A DNA stretch of 63,918 nucleotides, counting the filler, from Octopus bimaculoides (lineage: Eukaryota): assembly GCF_001194135.2 (NCBI RefSeq). It is 5 parts of 5 records of this genome, joined end to end, with 100 filler letters (N's around TTAATTAATTAA, not from the genome) between each part and the next. Parts side by side here need not be neighbours in the genome. Positions count along the whole stretch, not along the records: positions 24,839 to 54,429 come from NC_068989.1; 4 more parts are not named here. One strand, given 5' to 3'. The notes under the pieces were generated by a model. It saw only the letters and a list, made by a program, of their open reading frames with translations. It had not been told where the DNA came from and made no database searches. Within the stretch, counting starts at the first letter, position 1. Each line of letters begins with the position of its first letter. Below, in pieces: positions 34,076-48,459 of this stretch. Made by a program: the position numbers and the translations under genes.

Positions 34076-36889
34076 ATGATTGATCTTGGGATATATAACA
34101 ACAACTGCAACTATCTCCTTTCTTAATAACTACACCGAAATAGAATTATTTAGAGAGAATGTATTTAATCTCATTCTTCTTGGTTGGGCATTCAGTTTAT
34201 AAGATAATTAACGATCCTTTCATCAGTCTGAAGCATCTAAAGTAAGTACCAGTAATATATCACTGCTATGATGAGTTGAGCCAATCTATTTTATATTCTC
34301 CTTAAAATAATTGACCTTAATGCTTCCGAAAGAAATCGTGGAAGAGGAGGAGAAGAATGGGTAGTGGCTTTTTAAAGAAGTTCACGAACGTGATTGCCAT
34401 AGGCTAATGTAAGTGACGTTATGTGATCATGAACCCGATTATAATATTGCTTAAAAATTTTCCCACCGGAAAGTATATTCAACACTGACCATATTAATGG
34501 TAATGTTAATGAACAGAGGTGGAATGTGGAGGTGTTTCGAATGGAGAAGTAGAGAACGATGAGCTTACTGTAATTATTTTATCGAAGAAAACAATTGAAT
34601 TTAAAAGAAGAAAACATAGTAAAAATATAAGAAGCAGTAACTATCATCCTCCGCTACACTGAAACATACGCGCACACTCATCAATCAATCAACCAAAAAT
34701 CTAAACACCCACAACCTCACGTTTAACCAAAATTAATTCCCCGTATGAGATCATATTTTCTATTCATAAAACAGTATTACGTAACAGCTCATGTCTTTAT
34801 GGCGGCATAGATAGAAATCTCTCTCAAATGAATGAATGTAACTAAATTGAATCAATAAGAATCAATAATAGCTATGATACCTTAGAATACAATCCTGTGG
34901 TTCTAACGTAGTGGTAATTACATTTAATACAAATACAGTTGGATATTGAAGCCAAAAGTGATTTTTCGCATTAGATATCATAATCATGGATGACTCATTG
35001 ATTAGAGAGCAATAAATTACCTTCTTTCCTCTGCACATTTCTTCTTTCCAATTACATTGATATCTCACTCCTTCTTTACATCTTTTTCTTTTTCTCTCTG
35101 TTCTCTGTCTTTTGAAACTGCTGCTGTTTATAAAAGTTAAAATAACAGAGAACAAGTCCTCTGGCAATATAATTTTCTGACTCAATTTTGCTGAAAATTT
35201 GGCACACAAAATATATTGGCAGTAAACACCAGAAAGAAATGTTTTCTTCCTTCAATTTTACAGTGGTTATTCTAAAGGTCGCGTGCCTGAATGCGAAGCA
35301 TTTGATTTTGACTAAAGGAAAAATCGTCGAAGCCTCTATCATCTCCAACTCCTTTGATTGACTTTATTGAAGCTCCCACTGACCTTTCAGCCATATAAAG
35401 CTCGGCCATTTTGTTTGGCATTGTAGTACTGGTTCGGAAGTGTTTGATGACCCTGAGGTGTCCAGAAACACAATTCAACACTATCGGTATGTCCTGTGTG
35501 AAACAAGAAAAGAAAGTAATGTACGGTGAATTTAGAGGATAGTCTAAAAAATTATGTGAATTGTAATAACATCGATGAAATTAAGATAAATAACCAACTT
35601 GTGAAAGAAGTTGGATTTGTACGGTTAGTGCAGAAAAAGACCTGATATCCCGAGTCATACCGATGATTCTTTACGTAAATATCAATTGCTAAAACTTGCA
35701 AGGGCGTTTAAGAATAAGAGGGGGTAGCTCTTTGTCTTTCTATTTTTTTATGGATTAAACGGTTTGCCATAAATTACTTATTTTTTCACTTTCGATATAA
35801 TTACCCATAGGTAAGTAACTACATAGTTTATGCAAGAATTGTAATTATAAAACAATCATGTTTTTTTTTTAAGATTAGCCTTTACTCTTAATGAGACAAA
35901 TTACGTGATATATATTCTAGTTTGATGTTTCACATCACTTATGTTACAATTTCACTTTTCAAAGGCATGAGTATTATTTCATAACATTTTATTTATTCTT
36001 GAGAATTTCTCTCAATACGACAGCAAAAATTACTAACAATAAAACAGGCTTTAAGCAACCGTTTTATTTGTGGTGAGTTACAAAAGAATAGGAAAAGATG
36101 ATATCGTGAAAAGCTATTCACTAAAAACAATAAGTTTTTATGCCTCTTCAAGAAACAAAATGGAAGAGAGTGTCACACAACAGACGCTAAAAGAAAGAAA
36201 GTAAAAGAGTAGAACTTTTCTTTTACAGGAGGATACGACAACAGTAAAAGGATGAGAGTTGATGGAAAACGAGCCATTCGATTACTAACCTAAAGAGAAA
36301 GAACAAGGAAAGCAATGTTCTAGCGACAGTGAAGAATTGAGCTTTAACTGTCAAAAGATCATCATTGTTGCTTTTAAACTAGATCAAGGGGGAAAAGAAT
36401 ACCAACAGATGCAACCCCCCTACTCTCTGCTGTGACCACAGTATTCCATGGATGGGTGAATGAGACAATAAAAAAAGAAGAGATAATGATGAGCTTGAAC
36501 CGACCTTGTGAGTTCCTCAAGCGATTAATACAATAAAGTTCAATTTTGCTATAGATTAATGCCACCAACCACTGAACATTCGAATTTATCTAATGTTTCC
36601 TAATCTATGTTTACCGATCTATTGTTTACTGCTCTGCTATGCTTACTGCTGTATAATTTCTCTTTATCTATCACTTTTATCTTTTACTTATTCCAGTCAT
36701 TAGACAGCAGCAATGCTGGAGCATCACGTTGAAGGGTTTTAATCGAACAAATACTTATTTTTAAAGCCTGACAATTATTCATTCAGTTGTTCTCATATGT
36801 CAAACCGTTAAGACGCGGGCTTAAACAAATACCGTTTCTCAAGTGATGGTGGGGGACAAATACAGACAGACATACGACATGGACACACA

Positions 36890-36951
<62 letters not shown>

Positions 36952-36961
36952 NNNNNNNNNN

Positions 36962-37003
<42 letters not shown>

Positions 37004-37010
<7 letters not shown>

Positions 37011-37980
37011 GTGACAATTATTCGGTAGCCATGATAAGTAAGGGGAGGGAGTAACGGTAAGGGAGTAAAAATGTTCATAGTAATCGCGTAAGCGTGCATG
37101 TCCATACATACACATGTGCGCCCACACACCCATGTACATGCACCTATATGTATATACTCATCCACCCTCACTTGAAACACACACATGCTCACCCACACAT
37201 TCGCCAAAAAATATATACATACCCGCATACACACTCGCACACATCCACACACGCGCACAAAAAAGGTTCATACACACGTCTATATACGCACATGCACAAT
37301 GAAAAACAGGGCTAAAGGTAAAATACACGTCTGTGTGTGCGTGTGCGTGCATGCGAGTATGTGCGTACATAGACGTGTTTTACACTTATCGCTTATGTTT
37401 TACACTTATTTTACACATTTTTCTGAATTTTACCTTTAGCCCTGTTTTTTCTTGTGCCTGTGCGTATATAGACGTGTGTATGAACCTTTTTTGTGCGCGT
37501 GTGTGGATGTGTGCGAGCGTGTATGCGAGTATGTATATATTTTTTGGCGAATGTGTGGGTGAGTATGTGTGTGTTTCAAGTGAGGGTAGATGAGTATATG
37601 CATATAGACGCATGTACGTGGGTGCGCGGCCGCGTATGTGTATGTATAGATATGCACACTTACGCGATTACTATGAACATTTTTACTCCCTTACCTTTAC
37701 TCCCTCCCCTCACTTAGCGGTCATTCTGATAGCCCTTTTGTCTTAATAACGGTCAATCACACAGTAATTTCCCTTTGTTTTAACGGTCATTTTCATAGCA
37801 TCTTTTCGATGGCCCGATAACTGAAGAGATGCCGGCGTCGGTTTCCGCTTCGACATCCGAAACTCGGAGTTTTATCATGGCTACCGAATAATTGTCACAT
37901 ATATTCACAGATAAATTCGTGTATTTACATAATATCGAGGTCTCTTTCATTGTTGTTGTCTTGCCATTTCTATCAATATA
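37004..37980. mobile_element. Second ~1 kb head-to-head inverted pair of family F
   Basis: Left arm ~37004-37330 and right arm ~37330-37980 are reverse complements; (TA)n at both outer ends; left arm lacks the HHR segment. Confidence 0.85.
37816..37876 (+). ncRNA. Type I hammerhead ribozyme fold (family F)
   Basis: GAUAA-CUGAAGA-GAUG...CAUC-C-GAAA-CUC-G-GAG-UU/UUAUC; intact core; predicted cleavage after 37871. Confidence 0.75.
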
Positions 37981-40812
37981 TATGTATATATATNNNNNNN
38001 NNNNNNNNNNNNNNNNNNNNNNNNNNNNNNNNNNNNNNNNNNNNNNNNNNNNNNNNNNNNNNNNNNNNNNNNNNNNNNNNNNNNNNNNNNNNNNNNNNNN
38101 NNNNNNNNNNNNNNNNNNNNNNNNNNNNNNNNNNNNNNNNNNNNNNNNNNNNNNNNNNNNNNNNNNNNNNNNNNNNNNNNNNNNNNNNNNNNNNNNNNNN
38201 NNNNNNNNNNNNNNNNNNNNNNNNNNNNNNNNNNNNNNNNNNNNNNNNNNNNNNNNNNNNNNNNNNNNNNNNNNNNNNNNNNNNNNNNNNNNNNNNNNNN
38301 NNNNNNNNNNNNNNNNNNNNNNNNNNNNNNNNNNNNNNNNNNNNNNNNNNNNNNNNNNNNNNNNNNNNNNNNNNNNNNNNNNNNNNNNNNNNNNNNNNNN
38401 NNNNNNNNNNNNNNNNNNNNNNNNNNNNNNNNNNNNNNNNNNNNNNNNNNNNNNNNNNNNNNNNNNNNNNNNNNNNNNNNNNNNNNNNNNNNNNNNNNNN
38501 NNNNNNNNNNNNNNNNNNNNNNNNNNNNNNNNNNNNNNNNNNNNNNNNNNNNNNNNNNNNNNNNNNNNNNNNNNNNNNNNNNNNNNNNNNNNNNNNNNNN
38601 NATATATATATATATATATATACGACGCACTTATCTCAGTTTCCTTCTATCAAATCTACTCACAAGGCTTTAGTCGGCCTGGTCTATAGTAGAAGATACC
38701 CAAGGTGCCACACACGTCTGAACCCAGAACTCTGTAACCGAGAACCAAACTACTCACCACACAGCCACGCCTTTACCGATTTATTATGTTTATTGATTTG
38801 TAATGTTTATATATATTTACTGTTACTGTTTCATATTTATTGATCTATTGTGTCTGCTCATTTACGTTCATTGATTTTGTTTGGCGTATTACCACAAACT
38901 AATCACACAAATAAAAGAGAAAGCAATGAAAGTCTTAAAGCTTTGTAACTTTCTCATAAATGCTATAACTTAATATGTTAAAAAGCAAACATGGCTTTAA
39001 CTGAGTATCGAAACCCAGTTGTCGTTTCAGCTCGTGATTCAGCTTATTTGAAATTGTGTTTGGTGATGACGATGATGTTTAGCTGTCAGGTCATCCCCTT
39101 TCCAGCAGACAACTAATCAAAAGCATTAGTCAATCCTGACATTTTGTATGTCTAGGACATTGACCAGTTTATCCTTCATTCTTTGTTGTGATGCGAAGGA
39201 TTGACTACTATATCTAATATATCGAGCGACCACGTAGTGGCTTTCGTTCGTTGGCTTGATTCATCTGACATTTATCTCTGCAGCAATATGCTCAATTGGA
39301 AGCTCATCGAGGAAAACAAAAATAATGAATTTTATAAATCTGAAGCACTTATAATATAACACTTAGAATACCCAATAGATTTCAATCATAACCACCCATA
39401 TGGCATACCATTTTTAAACTACTTAACCATAATTCATAAAGAAACAACATTTGCCTCTTCTGATAAATTGCAATTTAAAGAAGTAGAAGAGCTCTTATTG
39501 TCATTGAAATGCTTTGTTTGTGAATGCAAGCAAACTCATGCAATAATGCTTATGAATGGTACGAATTTGTTTAATATTAGTAATTTGTCGTTTAAGCAAA
39601 TAGTTTGAAGTAGCATTTCCTTGTCCGAGCATAGAATAAAAATATTACATTCTCTTTCTTTGAATACTCGAAGCAAAATAAATATCTATTCAAGCAGATT
39701 GTAAAGACGAACTGTGTTGAATAACAATGGGGTGGGGAACATAGCTCGTTACGAGAAGAAATATTATTCATTGTAGGAAAACGAGGAATATTTTTTTTCT
39801 ATACTATTTTGTCTTCTGGTTATCACCACCAGCAACTTCTAACCTCGATGCAGATGTGCTGAAGGTGGAGTGCAGCACGAAATGATTTATCATAAGCTTC
39901 ACTACATAACTTTAGGTTCACATTTTCGCCGGAGAGGGGCACTGATTCCTAACTTTTTGAATATCTGACTTATTACTGTTGTTTCACAAAAATATGTCTT
40001 ATATGAGACACCCTTAAATGAAATATAGATTGTTAAAATTTGTTCTTCGAAATATTACATATATGTATGTANNNNNNNNNNNNNNNNNNNNNNNNNNNNN
40101 NNNNNNNNNNNNNNNNNNNNNNNNNNNNNNNNNNNNNNNNNNNNNNNNNNNNNNNNNNNNNNNNNNNNNNNNNNNNNNNNNNNNNNNNNNNNNNNNNNNN
40201 NNNNNNNNNNNNNNNNNNNNNNNNNNNNNNNNNNNNNNNNNNNNNNNNNNNNNNNNNNNNNNNNNNNNNNNNNNNNNNNNNNNNNNNNNNNNNNNNNNNN
40301 NNNNNNNNNNNNNNNNNNNNNNNNNNNNNNNNNNNNNNNNNNNNNNNNNNNNNNNNNNNNNNNNNNNNNNNNNNNNNNNNNNNNNNNNNNNNNNNNNNNN
40401 NNNNNNNNNNNNNNNNNNNNNNNNNNNNNNNNNNNNNNNNNNNNNNNNNNNNNNNNNNNNNNNNNNNNNNNNNNNNNNNNNNNNNNNNNNNNNNNNNNNN
40501 NNNNNNNNNNNNNNNNNNNNNNNNNNNNNNNNNNNNNNNNNNNNNNNNNNNNNNNNNNNNNNNNNNNNNNNNNNNNNNNNNNNNNNNNNNNNNNNNNNNN
40601 NNNNNNNNNNNNNNNNNNNNNNNNNNNNNNNNNNNNNNNNNNNNNNNNNNNNNNNNNNNNNNNNNNNNNNNNNNNNNNNNNNNNNNNNNNNNNNNNNNNN
40701 NNNNNNNNNNNNNNNNNNNNNNNNNNNNNNNNNNNNNNNNNNNNNNNNNNNNNNNNNNNNNNNNNNNNNNNNNNNNNNNNNNNNNNNNNNNNNNNNNNNN
40801 NNNNNNNNNNNN

Positions 40813-40854
<42 letters not shown>

Positions 40855-41325
40855 AGAGAGAAAAAGAGAACATGAAAATAGTATAATAAGAAAAGAATAT
40901 ATAATTTCGTAGCTGGACAGCTGTTTCAGGAAGCTCAGAGTTACATATTAATAATCGCAAATGTTCATAATTTGCTGATAGAATGTGCAAGGAGTGTTGC
41001 GTATGCAGCCAGTAAACAGCCACAGAGGGATATTACTATACGTTCAGCCTCCTTCACCGAGAGAAAGTTGGGAAAAGCCTGAGATTTAAAGGCTGAAGGG
41101 AGAGAGGGGGAAGAATAAAAACAAAAAGCAGCGAGAATGAACAAAGATAGAATAGAGGAAACAGTGAGAAAAAGAAGGGAAGAAGGTAAATTTAAGGTCA
41201 CTGTGGTGAAATAGAGTACCACTGGTTGCTGGGAATCTCACTAAGCAGTCTTTAAATCAATTACGGATGGTAGCTTTCCCTCTCTTTCAACTTGTACTGT
41301 TCCATTCAATTTCCCGAGTTTTCCT

Positions 41326-41384
<59 letters not shown>

Positions 41385-41640
41385 GTTGTTATTTTTCTTC
41401 TTTCTTCAAATTTTCTTCCATTTCTCGCCGAGTGTTTTCCGTACACCTAGGGCAGAGAAACTCGTTGTATGCATTCCCAGTTTACACACGCAAATTCACA
41501 GGTAAAACATGTATTTAAGAAAAAAATGAAATTAAAAAAATTTAAAAATTTAAAAATTCATGAATGGATGTTGTTTTCACAGCGATAATGCTCTTCTCAG
41601 TACATAAGTCGTTCCAGTTAGCACGATTTTTTGCACTTCC

Positions 41641-41697
<57 letters not shown>

Positions 41698-41779
41698 GAC
41701 TTGACTCATGTTCGGTCTTATTTCTGATAAATTTTATGTGAGTAGTAGGTTACTACTTGTAACCTTAGTTATTCACAAG

Positions 41780-44495
41780 CTTTCGATGTCCTAAAGAGTG
41801 GTACAAAATGATTCCTAATGCAGAAAGTAAAATGTGTTGGGGAGAACTTTGGAACAGGCCAGTGAAACATAACAAAAGTGCAGAGTGGCTAACACAGATG
41901 AAGAGTGAACATGCTAATATACCAAAACAAAAGAATGTCTCTGTAAGACTGAAGTTGAAAATACAGATGGAGAAACAATATGTTAAATATGCCAAAACAA
42001 AAGACTGTTTCTGTGTTGTGATGAGTGTCACGACGCCCCCTTGCAAGAAATAGACTGGACAGAGCGATTATTAATAGTAGCGGTCGGGATGAAGTTTGTG
42101 TTAGCTCGAGTTGAGTTCGCATGGAAGTTGGAAGGTATCGGTTGGTTAATTCGTTCGTTTGGAATATTGATTGTTGGTTCATGAAGAGATTGTTGGATCG
42201 TTACGTTGTTATTACGGCTGCATCGTTATCTTGTTTACCGTTAATACACTGGTGTAGTGTATCTAAACCATCCGTCACAATATCTGACGGTACCACGACA
42301 TTTGGAGACGGAGGATACAACACTCTGTGAGACTGAAGTTAAAAAATACCAAATTGGAAAAGACCAGCCCCGGATGAGATACAAAGCTATGGGCTGAAGG
42401 ATTTTACATAGCTGCATGAAAGGATCGCTGCCCAATTTGATGAATGTCTGCAGCAGGGACAAGTTCCTATTTGGATGACAATCAAACGAGTATTGTTGCA
42501 TATTAAGTGTACTTTAGCGGTAAATTACTGACAGAGTTTTTTCTTATAACCTGTTTGCTTCTTATGTGGAAGCTTATGACCGGTGCCTTGGCGGAAAAGT
42601 TATATCATCATATGGAAAGTAACAATTTACTTCCAGTGAAACAGAAGGAGTGTAGGAGATAAAATAGGGCAACTAAAGACCAGTTCTTAGTTGATAAAAT
42701 CGTAATCAGAAATGTCGGATACAAATTAACGGGATTGAACCCCGCGCAGTAAGTAAAACCATGAGTATGCTTGGAGTGGCAGAAAATATGAAGAAACCGG
42801 TCAATGAAATTATGAAACATTAGAGCACTGACTTGATTGGAAGAAAATAGAAACTTGAGAAGGTGAACATCAGACCTGATATATTCTAAGGTTATATTTT
42901 ATCTCCATTACTATTTGTATTATCTATGACACCGCCTAGTTTGATATTACAGAAAGCCAAAACAGCTTGATTTGGGAAAAGAGTGTTGTAGTCAGATAAC
43001 TCATTTTATTCATGGATTATTTAAAGCTTTATGCGGAAAATGCGAAGCAGTTGGAATGCCTTGTACATACAGCTTGCATTTTCTGAATTGATGTGGGAAC
43101 GGACTTGATGTGGGAATGGACTGGAAATTATGTGGGAATTGACTTGAAATGATCTGGGAATGGACTTGAAATTATGTGGGAATGGACTTGAAATCGGGAA
43201 GATTTGAAGGGAGCCATGTAACTGAAATTTTAAATGTGCAAACAATGAAATCGGTTGAAAAATGACAGGAGTATAAGTATTTTGGAATACTGGAAACCGA
43301 TGAAATAAAATATGAAGAGATTGGGCAAATTTCAAGTAGGGAGCATACTATGTGAGTGAGGAAAATATTACAATCAAGGTTGGATTTGAGAAATGTTATG
43401 AAGGCAATTGATTTAAAAGCAATGCCAGTTATCAGATATGGAGCTAGAATTGTGTAATGGACAAAAGGCGAAATGCAGAAGCCGTTAAAAGTGTATGGAG
43501 CCCAACATCTGAAAGCTGATATTAACTGGTTGTAATTGGAGACACCAGGGCAGAAGAAGTTTCACTGCTATAGGAGTGTGTGTAGGAGGAATGAAACGGT
43601 GTATTTGATTATTTGCATAACAGCACAGAAAAGTTACTCAAGTCTTTGGATAAAGAACAGGTAATCAAGACTGGAAAAGGAGAAAAGGACAAAACCGAAA
43701 TTCGAAAAGATCATATTAAGCAGATTGAAGGGAAAGTTTTGCACAGTCAGTTTTAAAAAGAGCTGAGGATGTACGTGGAATAAAATCCTGAGCTTGGTTT
43801 TAAAAAAAGACAATTGAAAAAAGAAACAGAGAAACTTGTAACTGCTCAAGATCAATTACAGCAGACAAACTACTTGAGAGAATATGTGTATAGGGAGAAT
43901 GTGATTGCAAAATCTAAAGTATGGGGAATTTGAGATGAAAAAATAGCAGACGTCGCAGAATTCACCAAAGAGAATATAAGAAATGGAGACATAAACAAGT
44001 GGTGAGAAAGAATATTTGAGTTAGAAACAACATGCAATATTTTGTGGGATTTTCTCATTCAAATGTATAAGATGGAACATAACAAGCTAGATATATCAGT
44101 AATAGACGAGAAAAATTAAGTTTGCTAACTAATTGATTCATCAACTCAAATTGATACTAAGATTGTGAAGAAGGCAGATGAAAAGTTTAAAAAATACAAA
44201 TCCATAAAATTTGAAACTGCAAAAATTTGGAACATGAAATTTTTAAAGATTGTACCTGTGAGAAATGGTGATGAGGGACAGTGAGTTATGAAGTAGACAA
44301 GTGGATAAAAGGGACTGGAATGGAATTTCCTGTGAAACGTTTACAGAAGGTTAGCCTCTTACGGACAGGAAGGATCATAAGAAGGGTGTTGAGCATTTGA
44401 TGGTTTATTGAAATAATGTGGATATTTAAGGTTACAGGGAATAGCCTGCTACCCACATAAATTTTACAAAGAATAAAACCAATCCTGAGTCAAAA
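41780..44495 (+). mobile_element. Degenerate R4/Dong-clade (RLE) non-LTR retrotransposon
   Basis: Remnants of NWKAPGPD-like motif (~42350), IF*GYILSPLLFVL (~42880), FMDYLKLY (~43010), LWDFLIQ...HNKLDI (~44045) and terminal LQKVSLLRTGRIIRRVLSI* (44341-44400); ends at (TAA)n. Confidence 0.75.
42026..42322 (+). mobile_element. Possible LTR (TGTC...GACA, 42026-42300) plus PBS-like TTTGGAG..., nested in the R4 element
   Basis: Inverted 4-bp termini TGTC/GACA; composition differs from the flanking R4; followed by TGG. Confidence 0.35.
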
Positions 44496-44497
44496 CG

Positions 44498-44565
<68 letters not shown>

Positions 44566-44845
44566 CTATAAAACTTTTGACACCCAGAAATGCAGGCTCT
44601 GTGGAAAGAGTGTGGAAAATGTGGCCCACTTGGTAAATGGATGTGAGAGCCTGGTACAAAATGAATACAAGCGCCGCCACGAATAAAGTGTGTATCTATC
44701 TTCATTGGCTTTTATGCCATAAATACCAATATGAAGTAACAGAGAACTGGTATGAGCATGTACCACGTAACGTTATGCAGGAAGATGGAAAAGTAACGAT
44801 ACTCTGGGACTATGATTTTCAGACGGATCGTGTAATCGTACTATA
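44566..44845 (+). mobile_element. Second R4/Dong fragment (CCHC knuckle to start of RLE)
   Basis: CRLCGKSVENVAHLVNGCESLVQNEYKRRH...WYEHVP...ILWDYDFQTDRV, starting immediately after (TAA)n. Confidence 0.75.
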
Positions 44846-45665
44846 GGCACTTGGCTTGGATTTGGGGGGAAGGGGACTGTCGATTACCTCGACCCCAGTG
44901 TTTCACGGCGAATAAGACACACTCTCGCATAAGATACATACCGCCTTTACAAGTATATTTTGTGGAAAAAAATAAATTTATTATGTTTAATCATACACTC
45001 GTGCATTCAGTATCCCATCCGTCATAGGGTCACATTAAACGCATTGCAAGTTTTTGTTACGCGCATCTTACAGTAACATTTTAATATACAGTAACATTTT
45101 AATGAGTACCACTTCGGATAATTCATAATCTTCATTACAATATATCGGTGGAAGAATTGCATATTTTAGATATTATAGTTATGTTTGTTGCTGGTGCAGA
45201 GTATTGGGAAAGATTTCTCTTTCTCTTAAGAAGATGCCAAATGGCTGTAAATAACACATGTTACCCACATAGGAGGGATTAAACCCAGCACTTTATGCTA
45301 ACGAACTATCACGGAGGTGAGCTTTGCCATTTATACTGCTTCATGTAAGTAGACAGAAATCAGTTGGGATAGGTTAATATTAGGATCATAAACATAATGA
45401 TTGTATATCAAGATTTATCACTACGGCTGAGAACCTGATAGTTTTCTCTCAATATTACATAGAACCTACAGGCTATGGATTGGATGATCGTTAAAACGTT
45501 GAATAAAATGCTTTGTTAGTATTTTGCTAAGAGATTGTTACTTCTGATTTCAATTCAATCTGAGGTCAATACTGCATCATCCTCGGGTTCCATAAAATAA
45601 AGTTCCAAATTTTCAGCACTCTCTTCCCCACCACCTGAAACCTGGGACATTTCGCATTCTCTCTC

Positions 45666-45723
<58 letters not shown>

Positions 45724-48459
45724 ATTCACGATCTTCTTCCCATTTCTATTTAATCTTTCCTTTACTCTTCTTTTCCCAATTTGTTTCTTGTTAATCTTAA
45801 AGTATGTTGGCTAAGTAAAAACCATGTTCTCTCATCGATTGACATATTTGTTGTGGTTTTTATTGCTATTGTATGTCGTGAGGATCAAATACCAATATCC
45901 GAACCAATTTGAACCCTTTCCGGTGTGTTTCAACGATACCCTCCCCATTCTTGCATAGGATAAACTGAACTTAGGACCAGAGTCAACCTTACACTCTATT
46001 TTGTAGTCTGAGCTGCTAAGTACAGCAGGAAAACTGAGCCGCCTCTTCTTGGCCCATTTTTAAGATAAATGAAAGGAAGAACGTTCAATGCTGTATATGT
46101 TTGATCTTTTCTTTAAAACTGAACATCTATTTCCAGGGAAAACAAGGGCAATTAGTTCGGTTTATGTTGGCTTCTTTTGACTCAGAGACGTCACTGAAAT
46201 TCTCACTCATTTCATTTACGCGACAATATAATGCTTGTCTCTATCAGTCCCGACGATGAGCGGTCGATTGATCGCTCGATCAGATTCCAATTCATAAGTC
46301 AAACCAATATGATTCGGTTTGTTTTCTCCAACTGTTCCTACGCTTTTATAGTTTCATCAGTCTACAGCCTTGAACTAGTCATTTTTTGCCACTCTGGAAG
46401 GATGAACAGTAAAGAAAACCTTGGCAGAATATGTACTCAGAGTGTGGAGTGTCAGAAAAGTTATCAGAAGCATTCTATCCGAAAAGGTTAACAACGCTAC
46501 AAATTCGTTATATTAAATAGACACAACCATCGACACAATCCCACATACGCGCATTCAAACACACACTCACAACTTAACTCACATTGTGACCATTCTGATC
46601 ATATTTATACTGATTCTCTACAATATCAAAAATAAAAGCATGATTCCAATTCTCTAGGAAGCTTCTAGATTATCGACTTTCCTTTCACTCTTTTCTCTAT
46701 CTTAACTGATATAGTATTTAGGTTTTCCCCTTTTGGATTGATATACTTTATTTAAGAGCATGTATTAAGTGGGAGCATTTTCATGTCTATCTCGCAATCA
46801 CTCTTTAAATCTATTTATCTTTCTATTTATCTTTCTAGCTTATCTTCCTCCCCCTTCTCATTCAATGTCGCTCACTCTCTCTCTCATTTTCTCTCGTTCT
46901 TCCTCTCTCTCCATCTCCCTCTCTCTCCCTCTCCCTCTTTCTCCCTCTCTTTCATTCTTCCTCTCTGTGTGTAAATATATCATCACCCACTAATCACCAT
47001 CATAACCACATTAGTTTCAATCTTCCTCATCACTATCTCTATTCCCATTAGTGCCACAATCATCTCCATCGCTCCCTTTATTATACATACAGTTGTGTGT
47101 GTGTGTGTGTGTGTATGTGTAAGTGTGCGCGCGCGCGTGCATGTGTGTGTGTTTGTGTGCGTGTATACACGCATATATATGTGTGAGAGAGAAAGTGAAG
47201 GAAAGTGTGGTTGTATGTCGGTGTACACTTATACACACACATATATATATATACATACATGTACTTACACAAACGGACGCACGCGCTCACACACACACAC
47301 ATACACACTCACTCACACACACACACACACACATACATACACACACACACAAGGTGATGAGCTGGCAGTATCGCGTCATACCCTCAGAAAAACTGCGTAG
47401 CGCCAATTGTTTCGTTGCTTTAATACCTGAAAATAAATTTCGCAGAGATCAGCCAGCTTCACTTCTATCCTTTCGGAGTCGATGAAATAATGTACTAGTC
47501 CAGTACTGATTGCCGTATAATCCACTGATATTCTCTCCACAATATTTCATCCACTCCGAAAGGATGAAAGGCAGATTATGATTTTTTTGACACATCGGTC
47601 TATGAGCGGACAGGCTGGTTTTCTACGGNNNNNNNNNNNNNNNNNNNNNNNNNNNNNNNNNNNNNNNNNNNNNNNNNNNNNNNNNNNNNNNNNNNNNNNN
47701 NNNNNNNNNNNNNNNNNNNNNNNNNNNNNNNNNNNNNNNNNNNNNNNNNNNNNNNNNNNNNNNNNNNNNNNNNNNNNNNNNNNNNNNNNNNNNNNNNNNN
47801 NNNNNNNNNNNNNNNNNNNNNNNNNNNNNNNNNNNNNNNNNNNNNNNNNNNNNNNNNNNNNNNNNNNNNNNNNNNNNNNNNNNNNNNNNNNNNNNNNNNN
47901 NNNNNNNNNNNNNNNNNNNNNNNNNNNNNNNNNNNNNNNNNNNNNNNNNNNNNNNNNNNNNNNNNNNNNNNNNNNNNNNNNNNNNNNNNNNNNNNNNNNN
48001 NNNNNNNNNNNNNNNNNNNNNNNNNNNNNNNNNNNNNNNNNNNNNNNNNNNNNNNNNNNNNNNNNNNNNNNNNNNNNNNNNNNNNNNNNTATAAATTAAC
48101 TACCAACAAAAAGAATTGGTAAGCTAACTCAAAACCTGATCACCAAAATAGCAAAAAAAAAACGACTGTGAAGGTATGTAGACTCCTCAAGAATCGATCC
48201 TTTTGGCTATATTAATAATAATAATGGAGTTATATGTATATGTATGTATATATATACATATATATATATATATATTTACATGGCTACGTACGTTTTCATA
48301 GCTTGGCTATTTTTGTTCATTAATGCATGACATTACATAATCCTGTTGCAAGTAGACATATCGTCGACATTTTGAACGGTTAAAAGTTATCTGCATACAT
48401 AAAATTGACCCACATACATACGAATATAGATGTATGTATGTATGTATGCATGTAAGTTC

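Noticed and set aside
46249-46285. CCGACGA-T-GAGCG/CGCTC hairpin as an HHR
   Set aside because: It is followed by GATC instead of GAAAC, and there is no cleavage triplet or stem I.
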